Of a stretch of 64,000 nt of DNA, positions 1-9,138 are shown in pieces. Position 1 is the first letter of the stretch. Each line of letters starts with the position of its first letter. The position numbers and the translations under genes are program-made. Origin of the DNA: an uncultured virus (IMG/VR IMGVR_UViG_3300020578_000048) (taxonomy: Duplodnaviria; Heunggongvirae; Uroviricota; Caudoviricetes). The stretch lies in the IMG/VR virus record IMGVR_UViG_3300020578_000048, one strand, 5' to 3'. Under the pieces are notes generated by a model that worked only from the letters and a program-made list of their open reading frames with translations, searched no databases and was not told where the DNA came from.

Positions 1-235
1 AGACCAATGATCCTGTGCCAGTTTCATCTGTGATCACATTGGCCAAATTGGCACTGGTGGGATCAGATAAGAATATGGCCACATTGGCAGCCAGACCAGA
101 TATACCAGTCATCACAGGCAAATTAGTGGCATTAACCAAATTGGCAAAACTGGGAGTGTCAATATTTGGGGTAATCAATTGTGGTGCTATGGCAAAGACC
201 AATGATCCTGTGCCAGTTTCATCTGTGATCACATT
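1..235. repeat. Identical 40-nt direct repeat (1-40 and 196-235; 195-nt / 65-aa period) inside the fibre gene
   Basis: agaccaatgatcctgtgccagtttcatctgtgatcacatt occurs at both positions. Confidence 0.9.
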
Positions 236-1864
236 AGCCAATTGCGCACTCGTGGTATTTGCCATAACAGACAATGGATCTTTAGTATAGACCACAGTGC
301 CGCCGGTGCTGACGTTGACATTCACATGATCACTACCAGAAAAATTAACGGAATTGGTGAAACCAACACTTTTATGGTTAAAAATATCAAGATTAGCAAA
401 GTTTAGTGTAGAAGAAATTCTAAAATTACCAATGTTACCAGATTCTATGTTGCTGACTCTGACAGTGGTGGAATTGATAGCAGAATTAAGAGCTAAGTCT
501 GCAAGGCCTCTGGTATTTTGTTCAATTATTAAATTGCCTTGAATGGCTAATTCTGCCGCAGTGGCTCTGTTAATCTCGCTGGTGAGACTGGTGTTTAGTG
601 CAGATACTATGGCGTTTATTGTAGCCATTATATTAGAGCTGCCTCCGGAAAGAGCAGCTATCTGATTCAACATTGTGGCTGCAAAATTATTAAAATCATT
701 AGTAAGTCCAGACACATTGCCACGTATGTCTGTGTCTTCGGCCAATCGCACATTGGCTTCGTCTGTGATATACTTGGTGGTGAAGGCCGTGGTCTGCACT
801 GTGTTATCAGGAAATAGCACGTTTCCGCTCAATGGCACAGACTGCCCTGAACTCAGAGCAACTTTAAGACCCATGACAGGATCTATGAAAATTCTATTAT
901 TGCCCATGTGTATGCTGCTGCCACTGAGATAAATGTCTCTAAATGCTGCACTGGGCGACCCTAAATCAAAAACCAAATGTTGTTGTGGCACTAGATGTCC
1001 GGGAACTCTCACAGTACCATTATTAAACAACTGCATTTCATATACTGAGTTAGATAAAAACCATTTGTTGGCCTCCAATGTGGCAATTTTCACATTGGCT
1101 GCATTAATCCCAGCAGCCAACACCGCATCCGATAAAATTCTGGCTGAGTTGGCTGCTGTGATATTACTTGCTAAATCATAATCATAACCAAATCTTAAAA
1201 CTGCTTCTGCAGCCAAATTGGCTTGAACACTGTTGATATTGTTCTGTAAAACCACATTGTTGGAAATTCTGTCAAAAATTTCTATGGCCAGTGCATTATT
1301 CCAAAAAGATATGCTGCTGTTTATGGCTGTGTCTGCTGCGGCTCTGGTGTTGGCCTGCGATGTCAGAGCCAGGTTAATTGAGTTTTCCATTAACACAGCA
1401 CGAGCAGTTTCTGCGATGATGTTGGCAGACAATGAATTAATTTGTGCAGTGATCACATTGGCAAATGTGGGCTGATAGTTCAATGCCGACCACAAGCGGT
1501 CAAGAGTGCTTAAATTGGTACTAAATAGACTGCTGTTGCCCACCAGAGTACTCACATTACCACCAATGTTTGACACAGTGTTGGCCAAAGCCGAGACCTG
1601 GGCGGAAATATCGCTGGACAAACTCAGCGCATACACATTAGACCAAAATTTACTGTACACATTGGCGAAACTCTCCACTATGACATTAGTGGGCACAATA
1701 AAGCCTCCGGGAGTTTGGCCATCCTGTATTCTAATGGTATCTAAGGTGGTGTCCACCAATATTTCACCCAGAGGACCGGTGTAATTGATCAAATCAGCAG
1801 TGGTACCAGATTTTAAAATTATTTGTCTGGCTGTGAGATTAAGTGATTGGTTGTTTAAAGTCAT
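1..1864 (-). CDS. Tail fibre protein, runs off the left edge (Mtd-N-like N-terminus, TDETGTGSLVF repeats)
   Basis: Not in the ORF track. Manual translation from ATG 1864 (ATGA overlap with the upstream stop) gives MTLNNQSLNLTARQIILKSGTTADLINYTGPLGEILVDTTLDTIRIQDGQTPGG. The same frame was spot-checked at about 930 (GSPSAAFRDIYLSGSSIHMG) and at 1-60 (TSANLANVITDETGTGSLV). Confidence 0.8.
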   Translation of the reverse strand, partial: MTLNNQSLNLTARQIILKSGTTADLINYTGPLGEILVDTTLDTIRIQDGQTPGGFIVPTNVIVESFANVYSKFWSNVYALSLSSDISAQVSALANTVSNIGGNVSTLVGNSSLFSTNLSTLDRLWSALNYQPTFANVITAQINSLSANIIAETARAVLMENSINLALTSQANTRAAADTAINSSISFWNNALAIEIFDRISNNVVLQNNINSVQANLAAEAVLRFGYDYDLASNITAANSARILSDAVLAAGINAANVKIATLEANKWFLSNSVYEMQLFNNGTVRVPGHLVPQQHLVFDLGSPSAAFRDIYLSGSSIHMGNNRIFIDPVMGLKVALSSGQSVPLSGNVLFPDNTVQTTAFTTKYITDEANVRLAEDTDIRGNVSGLTNDFNNFAATMLNQIAALSGGSSNIMATINAIVSALNTSLTSEINRATAAELAIQGNLIIEQNTRGLADLALNSAINSTTVRVSNIESGNIGNFRISSTLNFANLDIFNHKSVGFTNSVNFSGSDHVNVNVSTGGTVVYTKDPLSVMANTTSAQLANVITDETGTGSLVFAIAPQLITPNIDTPSFANLVNATNLPVMTGISGLAANVAIFLSDPTSANLANVITDETGTGSLV

Positions 1865-2367
1865 ACGGTTCCGCCATCAATTTTTAAGAAATCCTGCCCC
1901 TCTGGTTCATCTTCTTGTGGTTGCATGTCTGCAAAGTAAGCAGGCATAACCATGAGATCCAAGGGAACACCAAAATTATCATCGATATATACTGGTCTTT
2001 GTTCATTACTAATGACATCAATGCTTCTAAACGTGATTTTATAGTGTCGTTTGGTCAAAGTGTCCAACATGGATCTGGTCAACACAAAATGACCCTGTCC
2101 CCGAATTTTATTTGACCAAACCAATCCCAAACTGTACTCAGTGAGCTGATCTTGAGGATTTTGCACATCTACTTGTATGAGTTTTTCTGTCATGTTTATG
2201 GGTTTTTGATCTTGGTTTCTCACTCGCACCTGCACAGTGTTGTCTATGCCTTGATAAACCACTATGGGTCTGCTGTACATGATGCTGTTCCTTCTGTTTG
2301 TGACCGCAGAGTCTGGTAGTTGCAGATAAATAATTTGGTCATATAAATAAGTGGTGACTGTGATCAT
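1861..2367 (-). CDS. Virion structural protein, possible Ig-like/BppU-like fibre adaptor
   Basis: 168 aa; IVVYQGIDNTVQVRVRNQDQKPINMT pattern; TAAATA late motif 6 nt upstream; translationally coupled to the fibre gene. Confidence 0.5.
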   Translation of the reverse strand: MITVTTYLYDQIIYLQLPDSAVTNRRNSIMYSRPIVVYQGIDNTVQVRVRNQDQKPINMTEKLIQVDVQNPQDQLTEYSLGLVWSNKIRGQGHFVLTRSMLDTLTKRHYKITFRSIDVISNEQRPVYIDDNFGVPLDLMVMPAYFADMQPQEDEPEGQDFLKIDGGTV

Positions 2368-2380
2368 TACTACTATTTAT
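2342..2380. promoter_or_regulatory. Overlapping divergent T4-type late promoters
   Basis: TATAAATA on + at 2342-2349 (before the 2387 gene) and ATAAATA on - at 2374-2380 (before the 2367 gene). Confidence 0.65.
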
Positions 2381-2386
2381 TGACTA

Positions 2387-2758
2387 GTGCAAGAATTTAT
2401 TAATCTGACGAAAACCTATCCTTTTATCACTTATCTCACTTATGGTGGAGCGGATTATATAGGAATAGTGCAAAATTCCAATGATCAAATCACCACCATT
2501 TATGATTTTGGTTCGTTGAAAACTCTAGATCAAAAAACCAAATTTCTTAATTTAGGTGAACAATGGTGGTGGGAAAGCAATAGATCCATGCCTATCAATG
2601 TGTTTCTTAAACAAGAATGGCAAGAATTTCGATTCTCCATGAGAATACTGATCAGCAAAGACGTGAATATTCACGTGGGCCCACTGATGAATCTCAAGGA
2701 CATGACCAACAAACGCGGCAAACGTAGATCTATAACTCTGATCAAACGCTTGAGCTGA
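2387..2758 (+). CDS. Hypothetical phage protein
   Basis: 123-aa ORF filling the gap between minus-strand genes, with its own late-promoter motif. Confidence 0.75.
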   Translation: MQEFINLTKTYPFITYLTYGGADYIGIVQNSNDQITTIYDFGSLKTLDQKTKFLNLGEQWWWESNRSMPINVFLKQEWQEFRFSMRILISKDVNIHVGPLMNLKDMTNKRGKRRSITLIKRLS

Positions 2759-2760
2759 GG

Positions 2761-3327
2761 TCAGATCTGTGACAATAAATTCATATGCACTACCACTAGA
2801 TGTGCGTAGGCATAAGAATGCGACCTCTTGAAATAATAAGCTCCGGTTAGATCTGGATCCCACACAGTTTTCGCCACTTCGGCCCAGATTTTGCCGATCA
2901 AATGACGTTTGGCAGGGCGTATCACAGCTAGAAACATGGCCAAACGATCAATTGTGTTCACTGGTTCGGGCATGTTTAACAAACAGGCATGATGGTTGCC
3001 CACGTGTGTCAATAATTTGCAAAATGCCGGATCATAAAGTCTGGACCAATCTGGTTGTGCCAGCACCAGTTCCTGCAAATGTGCTGAGTCTTTGACTTGT
3101 TTATAAATGCTTACATTTAAAAAATCTAACTTGATGTAGCCTCGTGCTTGGGCCTGTTTATAAGGAATAGTGCATTTACCAGTCAAGGGATCGGTGGGAA
3201 TGTCTGTGACATAAACACCAGTGTTGTGTGGAGTCACGGGATCAATCATGGCCTGTGCATGATCGATCACATTTAATATCTGCTGTCTGTCACCGAAATC
3301 TATGTCTATGTCGCTGGAAAACTTCAT
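2761..3327 (-). CDS. Miniature DNA polymerase III alpha (DnaE/PolC) catalytic-core protein
   Basis: Ordered DnaE motifs SDIDIDF, HNTGVYV, GYIKLDFLN, LAVIRPA and YYFKRSHSYAYA in only 188 aa. Confidence 0.8.
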   Translation of the reverse strand: MKFSSDIDIDFGDRQQILNVIDHAQAMIDPVTPHNTGVYVTDIPTDPLTGKCTIPYKQAQARGYIKLDFLNVSIYKQVKDSAHLQELVLAQPDWSRLYDPAFCKLLTHVGNHHACLLNMPEPVNTIDRLAMFLAVIRPAKRHLIGKIWAEVAKTVWDPDLTGAYYFKRSHSYAYAHLVVVHMNLLSQI

Positions 3328-4004
3328 AGACCTGCTTGAGCCATGACTTTTTCTGCGAACTCACGATCTTGGGGACTGAATTGGAATTTTTCAATCCAGA
3401 CCGTGGGATCCAAATAAGGCATCACCATGCTGGCATGGTCATCAGATAAAGTATTGACGAATTCCTGTCCAGACTGAGAATTATACACAGCCCAAGCACT
3501 GATTTTTCCCTGTGTGATGTGTGTGCACACTATGTTTTTATTTGCACACACAAAATAATCACTATGTCCATTGATGAAATCTGGTTTTTGTTGGCAATAA
3601 TCCATCATGGTGGCAATGCTACGTGTAAGAGCATCCACGTGATTTTCTTTAAGCAGATACTGTGCCAACCACTGACTGTATAGTTGATCACTGCACCAGT
3701 GATCAATTTTTTTTGAATTTTTTAATAGCCATCTAGCATATTCTATGAAATTCAAGGCATTTATGTCATGACAGTAACGACCAAATTTCACAAACGCCGT
3801 GTAGTAGGCACTGCGAGAAAACTCTTCGTAAGTCTTGGGTTGAGCCTTGATGGTGTCTTTGATAAAGGCATTATAGGCTTGAAATCCCCATTGCACCCGA
3901 ATATCATGTTGTTGTTGAAATCTACGACGTTGTTCACAACTGTGTGCATGTAAAGTGTGTTCTGTTCGAAAAGTCTTCATGCAGTGATGGCATTGAAAAG
4001 TCAT
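3324..4004 (-). CDS. Zinc-finger protein in the replication block
   Basis: N-terminal CHHCMKTFRTEHTLHAHSC; ATGA coupling on both sides. Confidence 0.65.
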   Translation of the reverse strand: MTFQCHHCMKTFRTEHTLHAHSCEQRRRFQQQHDIRVQWGFQAYNAFIKDTIKAQPKTYEEFSRSAYYTAFVKFGRYCHDINALNFIEYARWLLKNSKKIDHWCSDQLYSQWLAQYLLKENHVDALTRSIATMMDYCQQKPDFINGHSDYFVCANKNIVCTHITQGKISAWAVYNSQSGQEFVNTLSDDHASMVMPYLDPTVWIEKFQFSPQDREFAEKVMAQAGL

Positions 4005-4459
4005 AATTCTTGATTGATTTTTTTATCATCCCAGCCCAGATCTCTGGCCAACTGTTTGACTTGCTCTGTGCTGTTTATTTGCACAAGTATTTGTATTTCT
4101 TCAGCTCGTAGTTCTGGATAAAGATCCTGAAAAAACTTACAACTTTTTTGATTTTGTTTTTTTTGCGCAGATAACCAATAATGGAATTGATTGCCCATGC
4201 CAGGGCTCACAGTGGTCAGCAGCAGCCATTGCAGCTCGGGATGTGCACTGAGATCAAAAAAACCCAGATTCACATATTCATTTGTGCTGCGTAGATACCA
4301 TTCTTGAAGTTCTGGAATACCTGTCACACTGGCAGCATATTTGATCAGCAGATAGAGACTGATTTGCCGACGTTGTGTGTGTGATAGATTTTGAAAATAC
4401 TGTCTGTTTTTACCATCAATGGCCTGCATCTGATCACGCAAAGGAATTTTCTCAGTCAT
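4001..4459 (-). CDS. Putative clamp-loader small subunit (T4 gp62-like)
   Basis: Likely start MTEKIPL at 4459. NEYVN...HPELQWLLL...HYWL and a helical C-terminus resemble the gp62 family; replication context. Confidence 0.5.
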   Translation of the reverse strand: MTEKIPLRDQMQAIDGKNRQYFQNLSHTQRRQISLYLLIKYAASVTGIPELQEWYLRSTNEYVNLGFFDLSAHPELQWLLLTTVSPGMGNQFHYWLSAQKKQNQKSCKFFQDLYPELRAEEIQILVQINSTEQVKQLARDLGWDDKKINQEL

Positions 4460-4460
4460 G

Positions 4461-4970
4461 TCACCATGCCTTGCTGTAGTCAATGACTTCGTTTTGCTTG
4501 GTGACTTCTTTGACAAAAAAAGCACACATGGGATTTTGAATATGTGTGTCCAACGGCACTGCCAGCATCTGTCCAGATTTCAATTTGGGAAAATACCATT
4601 TGACATCTTGATAAATGTCTATGATTTCCACAGTGTGGAATTCTGGTCTAAAGCCGGCCATGGGATTGAAACAAAACACACTGAAACCTCGATCGTTTAT
4701 GTCAGTCAAAGACACCACTTCTAGATCTCCAAAATCCGGTTCTCCAATTAACACATGCCAATCCACAGGCATCCTCAAGGTATATGGACCAATTCGTAAC
4801 ACCAAAGCCGGACTGTTGAAGCTTTCTAGAAAAATCAAAGGTATGTAAAAATAATCCAGGTTTTTGGGATCGCTATTGTCTAACACGCAAAAACGCAGAT
4901 CTTCCACTTCACTGGGAATGTCGTTGAGGTCATGAGATTTATTGGTATCTAAATTGAGAATTCTGGACAT
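4461..4970 (-). CDS. Hypothetical protein, possible inactive Hint-fold
   Basis: 169 aa, beta-rich; YTLRMPVDWHVLI...SLTDINDRGFSV resembles the intein block B region without its catalytic residues. Confidence 0.45.
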   Translation of the reverse strand: MSRILNLDTNKSHDLNDIPSEVEDLRFCVLDNSDPKNLDYFYIPLIFLESFNSPALVLRIGPYTLRMPVDWHVLIGEPDFGDLEVVSLTDINDRGFSVFCFNPMAGFRPEFHTVEIIDIYQDVKWYFPKLKSGQMLAVPLDTHIQNPMCAFFVKEVTKQNEVIDYSKAW

Positions 4971-4976
4971 AGTGTA

Positions 4977-6434
4977 TTATAAGTACTCCACAGGGCGAAT
5001 GTCAAATCTATATTTTTGTTCTTTATAATAAGCCTTGCGTTGTGTGAGATGTCGTTTGGCAAATTTACAAGTGGAGGTTATGTCCCAGATCATCACATGA
5101 TCCTTGTCTGAAGCCTTACGAAGTCCTCGACCTATGCTTTGAATCACCCGAATAAAACTCTTGCCGGGTTCAACAAGTACCAAATTAAAAATTCGTGGTA
5201 TGTTAATGCCCACTGAGGCAATGCCATAGGTGCAGACCAATACTTTGTCTTGGGTTTCTGATATTTCATCATATTGTTCCTGTCTGGTTTTGGTTTTAGT
5301 TTCGCCACTTAAAAACACTGCTTCGGGTATCAAGTCTGCCAGAGCCTGGCCTGCAGCCACTCTGTCCACCAAAATCAATGTGTTTCCTCGATCTTTGATG
5401 TCTGTCATAAGGTCAGCTATTTTTTGTAATCGTTGTGGATCTTCCAATAAAAATTTCAATTCTGTTTGATAATTGGCAAACTGTTTATGATCCACCAACT
5501 GCAAAATATTGACCTGACAGTGAGCCAAAATTCCTTGATTTTGAAGGTCATTGGCAGTGAGCCTGTCAATCACATGTCCCAGTCCACAGGTCAATGACAA
5601 TTGATCGTGTGTTTCCTTGGGCACAGTGCCGGTCAATCCCCAACGTATGGGCACACGACTCAACACTGTGCTCAACATGGTTTTTAATGCCGCTGCTTTG
5701 ACCTGATGTGTTTCATCCACTATCACTGCCACTAAATTTTTAAACAGATCATGCTGATCTGGATCATGGCCCTGAGCACGGACTGTTTTGATCAAAATGT
5801 TTAAACTTTGCCAGGTACAAATGGTGTGCTGACCGGTCAACTGTTTTTCATCACCAAAATACACAGCCACATTAAGTCCCAGGTTTTCATAATCCACCAA
5901 AGTTTGTGTGACCAGACTTTTGCTGGGCACTATGATCAAACTGCGCCCATGGCATTGCACACTATGACTCAACACTGCTGTAATCAAGGTTTTACCACTG
6001 CCTGTGGGTATTTCTTGTATGGATTGGGGATTAGACAAAAATTTATTGATCACTGTGACCTGATGATCACGCAAAGTGATGGGCTGACCAGCCAAGGCAT
6101 GATGTGAGTTCCAAGTTTTATGTGAGAAACTGGTGGCATTCACACTGTGAAATTCAAAATCAGTGGCATAGTTTCGTTGATCATCTAATTCACACTCATA
6201 ACCATTTTCTTCCAAAATTGGCATGATGTCTGGTAATAGATTGATGTAACTGGTGCCGCTCAAATTAAAAAAAGTCACTTTGCCGTCCCATCTGCCCAAT
6301 CTGGCTGCAGGAGTGAATCTGGCACCGGGGATTTCGTATTTGAATCTGTTACTCAATTGTCTTCTTATGGCCACATCAAGACCCAAAAATTTCACATTGA
6401 CTTCATCTGCTATTTGTATCACACAGTGTTTCAT
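4977..6434 (-). CDS. uvsW: Superfamily 2 DNA helicase, UvsW-like
   Basis: YEIPGARFTP..RLGRWDGK N-terminus, PTGSGKT Walker A, VIVDETH, GLTGT, QSIGRGLR. Confidence 0.9.
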   Translation of the reverse strand: MKHCVIQIADEVNVKFLGLDVAIRRQLSNRFKYEIPGARFTPAARLGRWDGKVTFFNLSGTSYINLLPDIMPILEENGYECELDDQRNYATDFEFHSVNATSFSHKTWNSHHALAGQPITLRDHQVTVINKFLSNPQSIQEIPTGSGKTLITAVLSHSVQCHGRSLIIVPSKSLVTQTLVDYENLGLNVAVYFGDEKQLTGQHTICTWQSLNILIKTVRAQGHDPDQHDLFKNLVAVIVDETHQVKAAALKTMLSTVLSRVPIRWGLTGTVPKETHDQLSLTCGLGHVIDRLTANDLQNQGILAHCQVNILQLVDHKQFANYQTELKFLLEDPQRLQKIADLMTDIKDRGNTLILVDRVAAGQALADLIPEAVFLSGETKTKTRQEQYDEISETQDKVLVCTYGIASVGINIPRIFNLVLVEPGKSFIRVIQSIGRGLRKASDKDHVMIWDITSTCKFAKRHLTQRKAYYKEQKYRFDIRPVEYL

Positions 6435-7468
6435 TGAAAATCACTTATGACCATGAACTTTTCTATCATTTGCATGATGCGCTGTCTGGTGTATCCCATC
6501 ATAAACACATTGTCTGTGATCATCACAGACTTTTCAGGATCTGGCATGGTGTCTGATGACATTTCCACGTATTCCAGTCCCAAATCAACCACTGCTTGAC
6601 GAATTTGTTCAACTACTGCTCTTGGACGCAGGTAAACACACACCGATTGCCTGTGACTGTGATTCATGTAAACCCGAAAATCTTGCCAACAAACATCGGC
6701 CAAACTCTGTACATGGACTTGTCGTTGAGTGGCCAATTGTGCTGCCAGTGCATGTGTGCCATAGTGTTTTTCCAACAGTTGATTGTCCACTGTGTATCCA
6801 CACACAGTGCTGAGGTCTATCAACTGTGTTAAATTGGCCCAGTTAAAACCCACACGTTGATTCAAATAGTCTGTCAAATATGACTCAGCATTGGTGATTG
6901 TGATGGCACCGTCTTTTTCAGTTAATTTTATCTGAAAATCTTGATGTTTTAAAATTTCTTCCACCATGGTGGCCAGCTGTGGGTCACAGTCAAACCCGTG
7001 CTTTTCAGCTAGATCATGAATCCACATGATTCTGGGTTCAACAGCGTCACAGATCCAGTGTTTGGCAGTCTTATCAAACACACACTGTCCGGGTATTTCG
7101 TGCCCTTGACGAAGATCAAGGATGATTTTTTCATCATAGGCAAACTTGATGATGATCTTATTCTGTTGAACTTGCACAGACTTGCTTCTGTCAATGTGTC
7201 TGATGGGCAATCTGAATTGAGCATTTTGTAAATGATTAGTGATGTCAATGTCATTTTGAGCCCATTGTTTGCGATATTTCACCACTATTTTATGAGCTAA
7301 CACAGCCTGGCGATCTGTGAACCCTTGTTGACGCTGTACTTGTTCTGCCAGGCTCTCACATATGTTTACATCATATCTGGCCAATTTAATCAAAGTTTTG
7401 GAAGGCCATGTGATGCCCACTGGTCCCAGTAACATGATTAGATCTTCAATGTAAGTATATTGTTTCAT
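6431..7468 (-). CDS. Hypothetical protein, helicase-associated
   Basis: 345-aa ORF coupled (ATGA) to uvsW; first gene after a consensus sigma70 promoter. Confidence 0.7.
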   Translation of the reverse strand: MKQYTYIEDLIMLLGPVGITWPSKTLIKLARYDVNICESLAEQVQRQQGFTDRQAVLAHKIVVKYRKQWAQNDIDITNHLQNAQFRLPIRHIDRSKSVQVQQNKIIIKFAYDEKIILDLRQGHEIPGQCVFDKTAKHWICDAVEPRIMWIHDLAEKHGFDCDPQLATMVEEILKHQDFQIKLTEKDGAITITNAESYLTDYLNQRVGFNWANLTQLIDLSTVCGYTVDNQLLEKHYGTHALAAQLATQRQVHVQSLADVCWQDFRVYMNHSHRQSVCVYLRPRAVVEQIRQAVVDLGLEYVEMSSDTMPDPEKSVMITDNVFMMGYTRQRIMQMIEKFMVISDFQ

Positions 7469-7474
7469 GGTTAG

Positions 7475-7503
7475 ATTATAATACCATTGTATTTAACAGT
7501 CAA
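7475..7503 (-). promoter_or_regulatory. Sigma70-type promoter TTGACT-N17-TATAAT with a TAAATA late motif in the spacer
   Basis: -35 at 7503-7498, -10 at 7480-7475, ATG at 7468. Confidence 0.8.
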
Positions 7504-7527
7504 AAAAAAGCCCACATCAGTGGGTCT
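7502..7527 (-). terminator. Intrinsic terminator
   Basis: CCCAC-TGAT-GTGGG followed by C and T8 on the minus strand, just after the 7550 stop. Confidence 0.65.
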
Positions 7528-7549
7528 GTAAAACTACAAATGATCACAA

Positions 7550-8092
7550 TCACACTTGTGTTTTTTCACGCTGAGATTTTTTTTCATGATCACCAACCAC
7601 ATTCCACAACACCTGTTCCACCAACTGATTCAAAGTCAGGTCTTTGCCATGAGCCATTTTCATCAGCTCAAACATTTCTTTGTCCGACAATTCCAAAGGC
7701 ACAGTGACTCTGTGATCATAGAACTTGTGATCTCTTATGGCCTCTGCTTTGACAAAGAAATCTTCTGGAACTTCTAAGTCAACAAAATTGACATCGTCCC
7801 AAGCTTCTCTAAGGTCGCTGTCATGAGCAGTTGCTGCTTTGAAGTAAGCATCACGTGCATCGGTATCGGGATTGAACCAACGATAAGCACGATTATTTTG
7901 ATAATCGCAGACTTCTAACACATGCACTGACATGGTGTCCAGGCTCACTGTGGCATTAAAACTATGCCCTTGATGGTCACCGTTCCAGCATGTGAACACA
8001 TGAGCACTGTCACCAAAACAGTTCCAACCAAAACGATCCACTTCTGACAACTGAAACTTGGTCAGAGCAAGAAAACGTTCAAACAGTTTCAT
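7550..8092 (-). CDS. Hypothetical protein with a C-terminal ribbon-helix-helix-like segment
   Basis: VTVPLELSDKEMFELMKMAHGKDLTLNQLVEQVL at the C-terminus; AGGA upstream. Confidence 0.55.
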   Translation of the reverse strand: MKLFERFLALTKFQLSEVDRFGWNCFGDSAHVFTCWNGDHQGHSFNATVSLDTMSVHVLEVCDYQNNRAYRWFNPDTDARDAYFKAATAHDSDLREAWDDVNFVDLEVPEDFFVKAEAIRDHKFYDHRVTVPLELSDKEMFELMKMAHGKDLTLNQLVEQVLWNVVGDHEKKSQREKTQV

Positions 8093-8118
8093 GATCAGTC
8101 CTGTTAAAAGTCAGTAGT

Positions 8119-8487
8119 TTACTGTGATTGGTTTGTGTTGTCAACCGCACCGGTTTTGAGCACATTCAACAGTTGATTGTTTATCAAATCTTGCTCACGG
8201 CGTTTTCTTTTGTGATCATTGTCCTTGGGCATGAGCATTTGATCATATCTACGAGCCCAGAGTATGCCTCGAAGCCAGTAATCCAACTGATCAATGGTGC
8301 CCACAAACAACATGGCATCTCTGCTGTACAAGGGCAAGCTGGTTTGATCTTTGGGCATCACAGACACATAGTCTGCCATTCCAGGCACGGAATGAGCCAC
8401 ATCAGGTGGTGCCAACTGTAAACCAAGGCCATCACAGATGACTTCTAGGCTTCTGATCTTACTGATCAAAGCAAACCCCGACATCAT
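8119..8487 (-). CDS. Hypothetical protein
   Basis: 122 aa; GGGAG Shine-Dalgarno upstream. Confidence 0.7.
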   Translation of the reverse strand: MMSGFALISKIRSLEVICDGLGLQLAPPDVAHSVPGMADYVSVMPKDQTSLPLYSRDAMLFVGTIDQLDYWLRGILWARRYDQMLMPKDNDHKRKRREQDLINNQLLNVLKTGAVDNTNQSQ

Positions 8488-8576
8488 GTATCTCCCATAA
8501 GCACATACTCACTTTTGTCAATGACATGAACAATTCTTTCACTCATGACCACATCAATATAAACATTTATTTCATT

Positions 8577-8921
8577 TTACCATGATGAATTATAAAATAC
8601 CTTGAGACCCATGAACAAATCTGCTCGTGCTTGTCTACAAAGTTCTAAGTCCTGTGCTCGGTAATGATCGCTACTGTTTTCGCCAAAAAACAATCCTGTG
8701 GTATGGGGCAATCTACCATTCGCGATGTCTTGTTCTAACTGATCTATGTCTTGTCTAGTCAACTCAAGTTCCACACCGTTGAAATAGCCTGTGCCCCCAC
8801 GAGATTCATGCAGACGCTGCATCCAGCCATGCAAATATGGATGCTTTCTTCGATAACCAATTTCATGGCGAGATTCACTGCCCGGGTTAAGAGCAGTGTA
8901 TACAAATTGATCTAGTCCCAT
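8577..8921 (-). CDS. Hypothetical phage protein (MGLDQ...RKH..LHGWM...YNSSW type)
   Basis: 114-aa ORF with a pattern commonly seen in phage early proteins. Confidence 0.7.
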   Translation of the reverse strand: MGLDQFVYTALNPGSESRHEIGYRRKHPYLHGWMQRLHESRGGTGYFNGVELELTRQDIDQLEQDIANGRLPHTTGLFFGENSSDHYRAQDLELCRQARADLFMGLKVFYNSSW

Positions 8922-8925
8922 GATC

Positions 8926-9138
8926 TCATCCCAAAAATCGCTTTCTTATGTCTGTTTGCACAGCTTTTATCGCTCGATTCCATCCATCATCGTCACTAAT
9001 CCATTTGATCTTGTTCAATTCTGCAGCGTAGTCTTCGACCAGTCTACGCACAATGGCCTTGGGATAAGCGTCCCCGGGATATGACAAGTCCACATCCCGG
9101 GCAGCCTGTTGGGCAATTTGTCTAGTTAGATTGTTCAT
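8926..9138 (-). CDS. Hypothetical protein
   Basis: Likely start MNNLTRQ at 9138, overlapping the upstream TGA. Confidence 0.6.
   Translation of the reverse strand: MNNLTRQIAQQAARDVDLSYPGDAYPKAIVRRLVEDYAAELNKIKWISDDDGWNRAIKAVQTDIRKRFLG

Noticed and set aside
15..1784. Series of plus-strand ORFs in the track
   Set aside because: They are antisense shadows of the long minus-strand fibre gene that runs off the window edge.
8484..8546. 20-codon minus-strand ORF MSERIVHVIDKSEYVLMGDT
   Set aside because: Too short, with no clear ribosome-binding site or recognisable motif.
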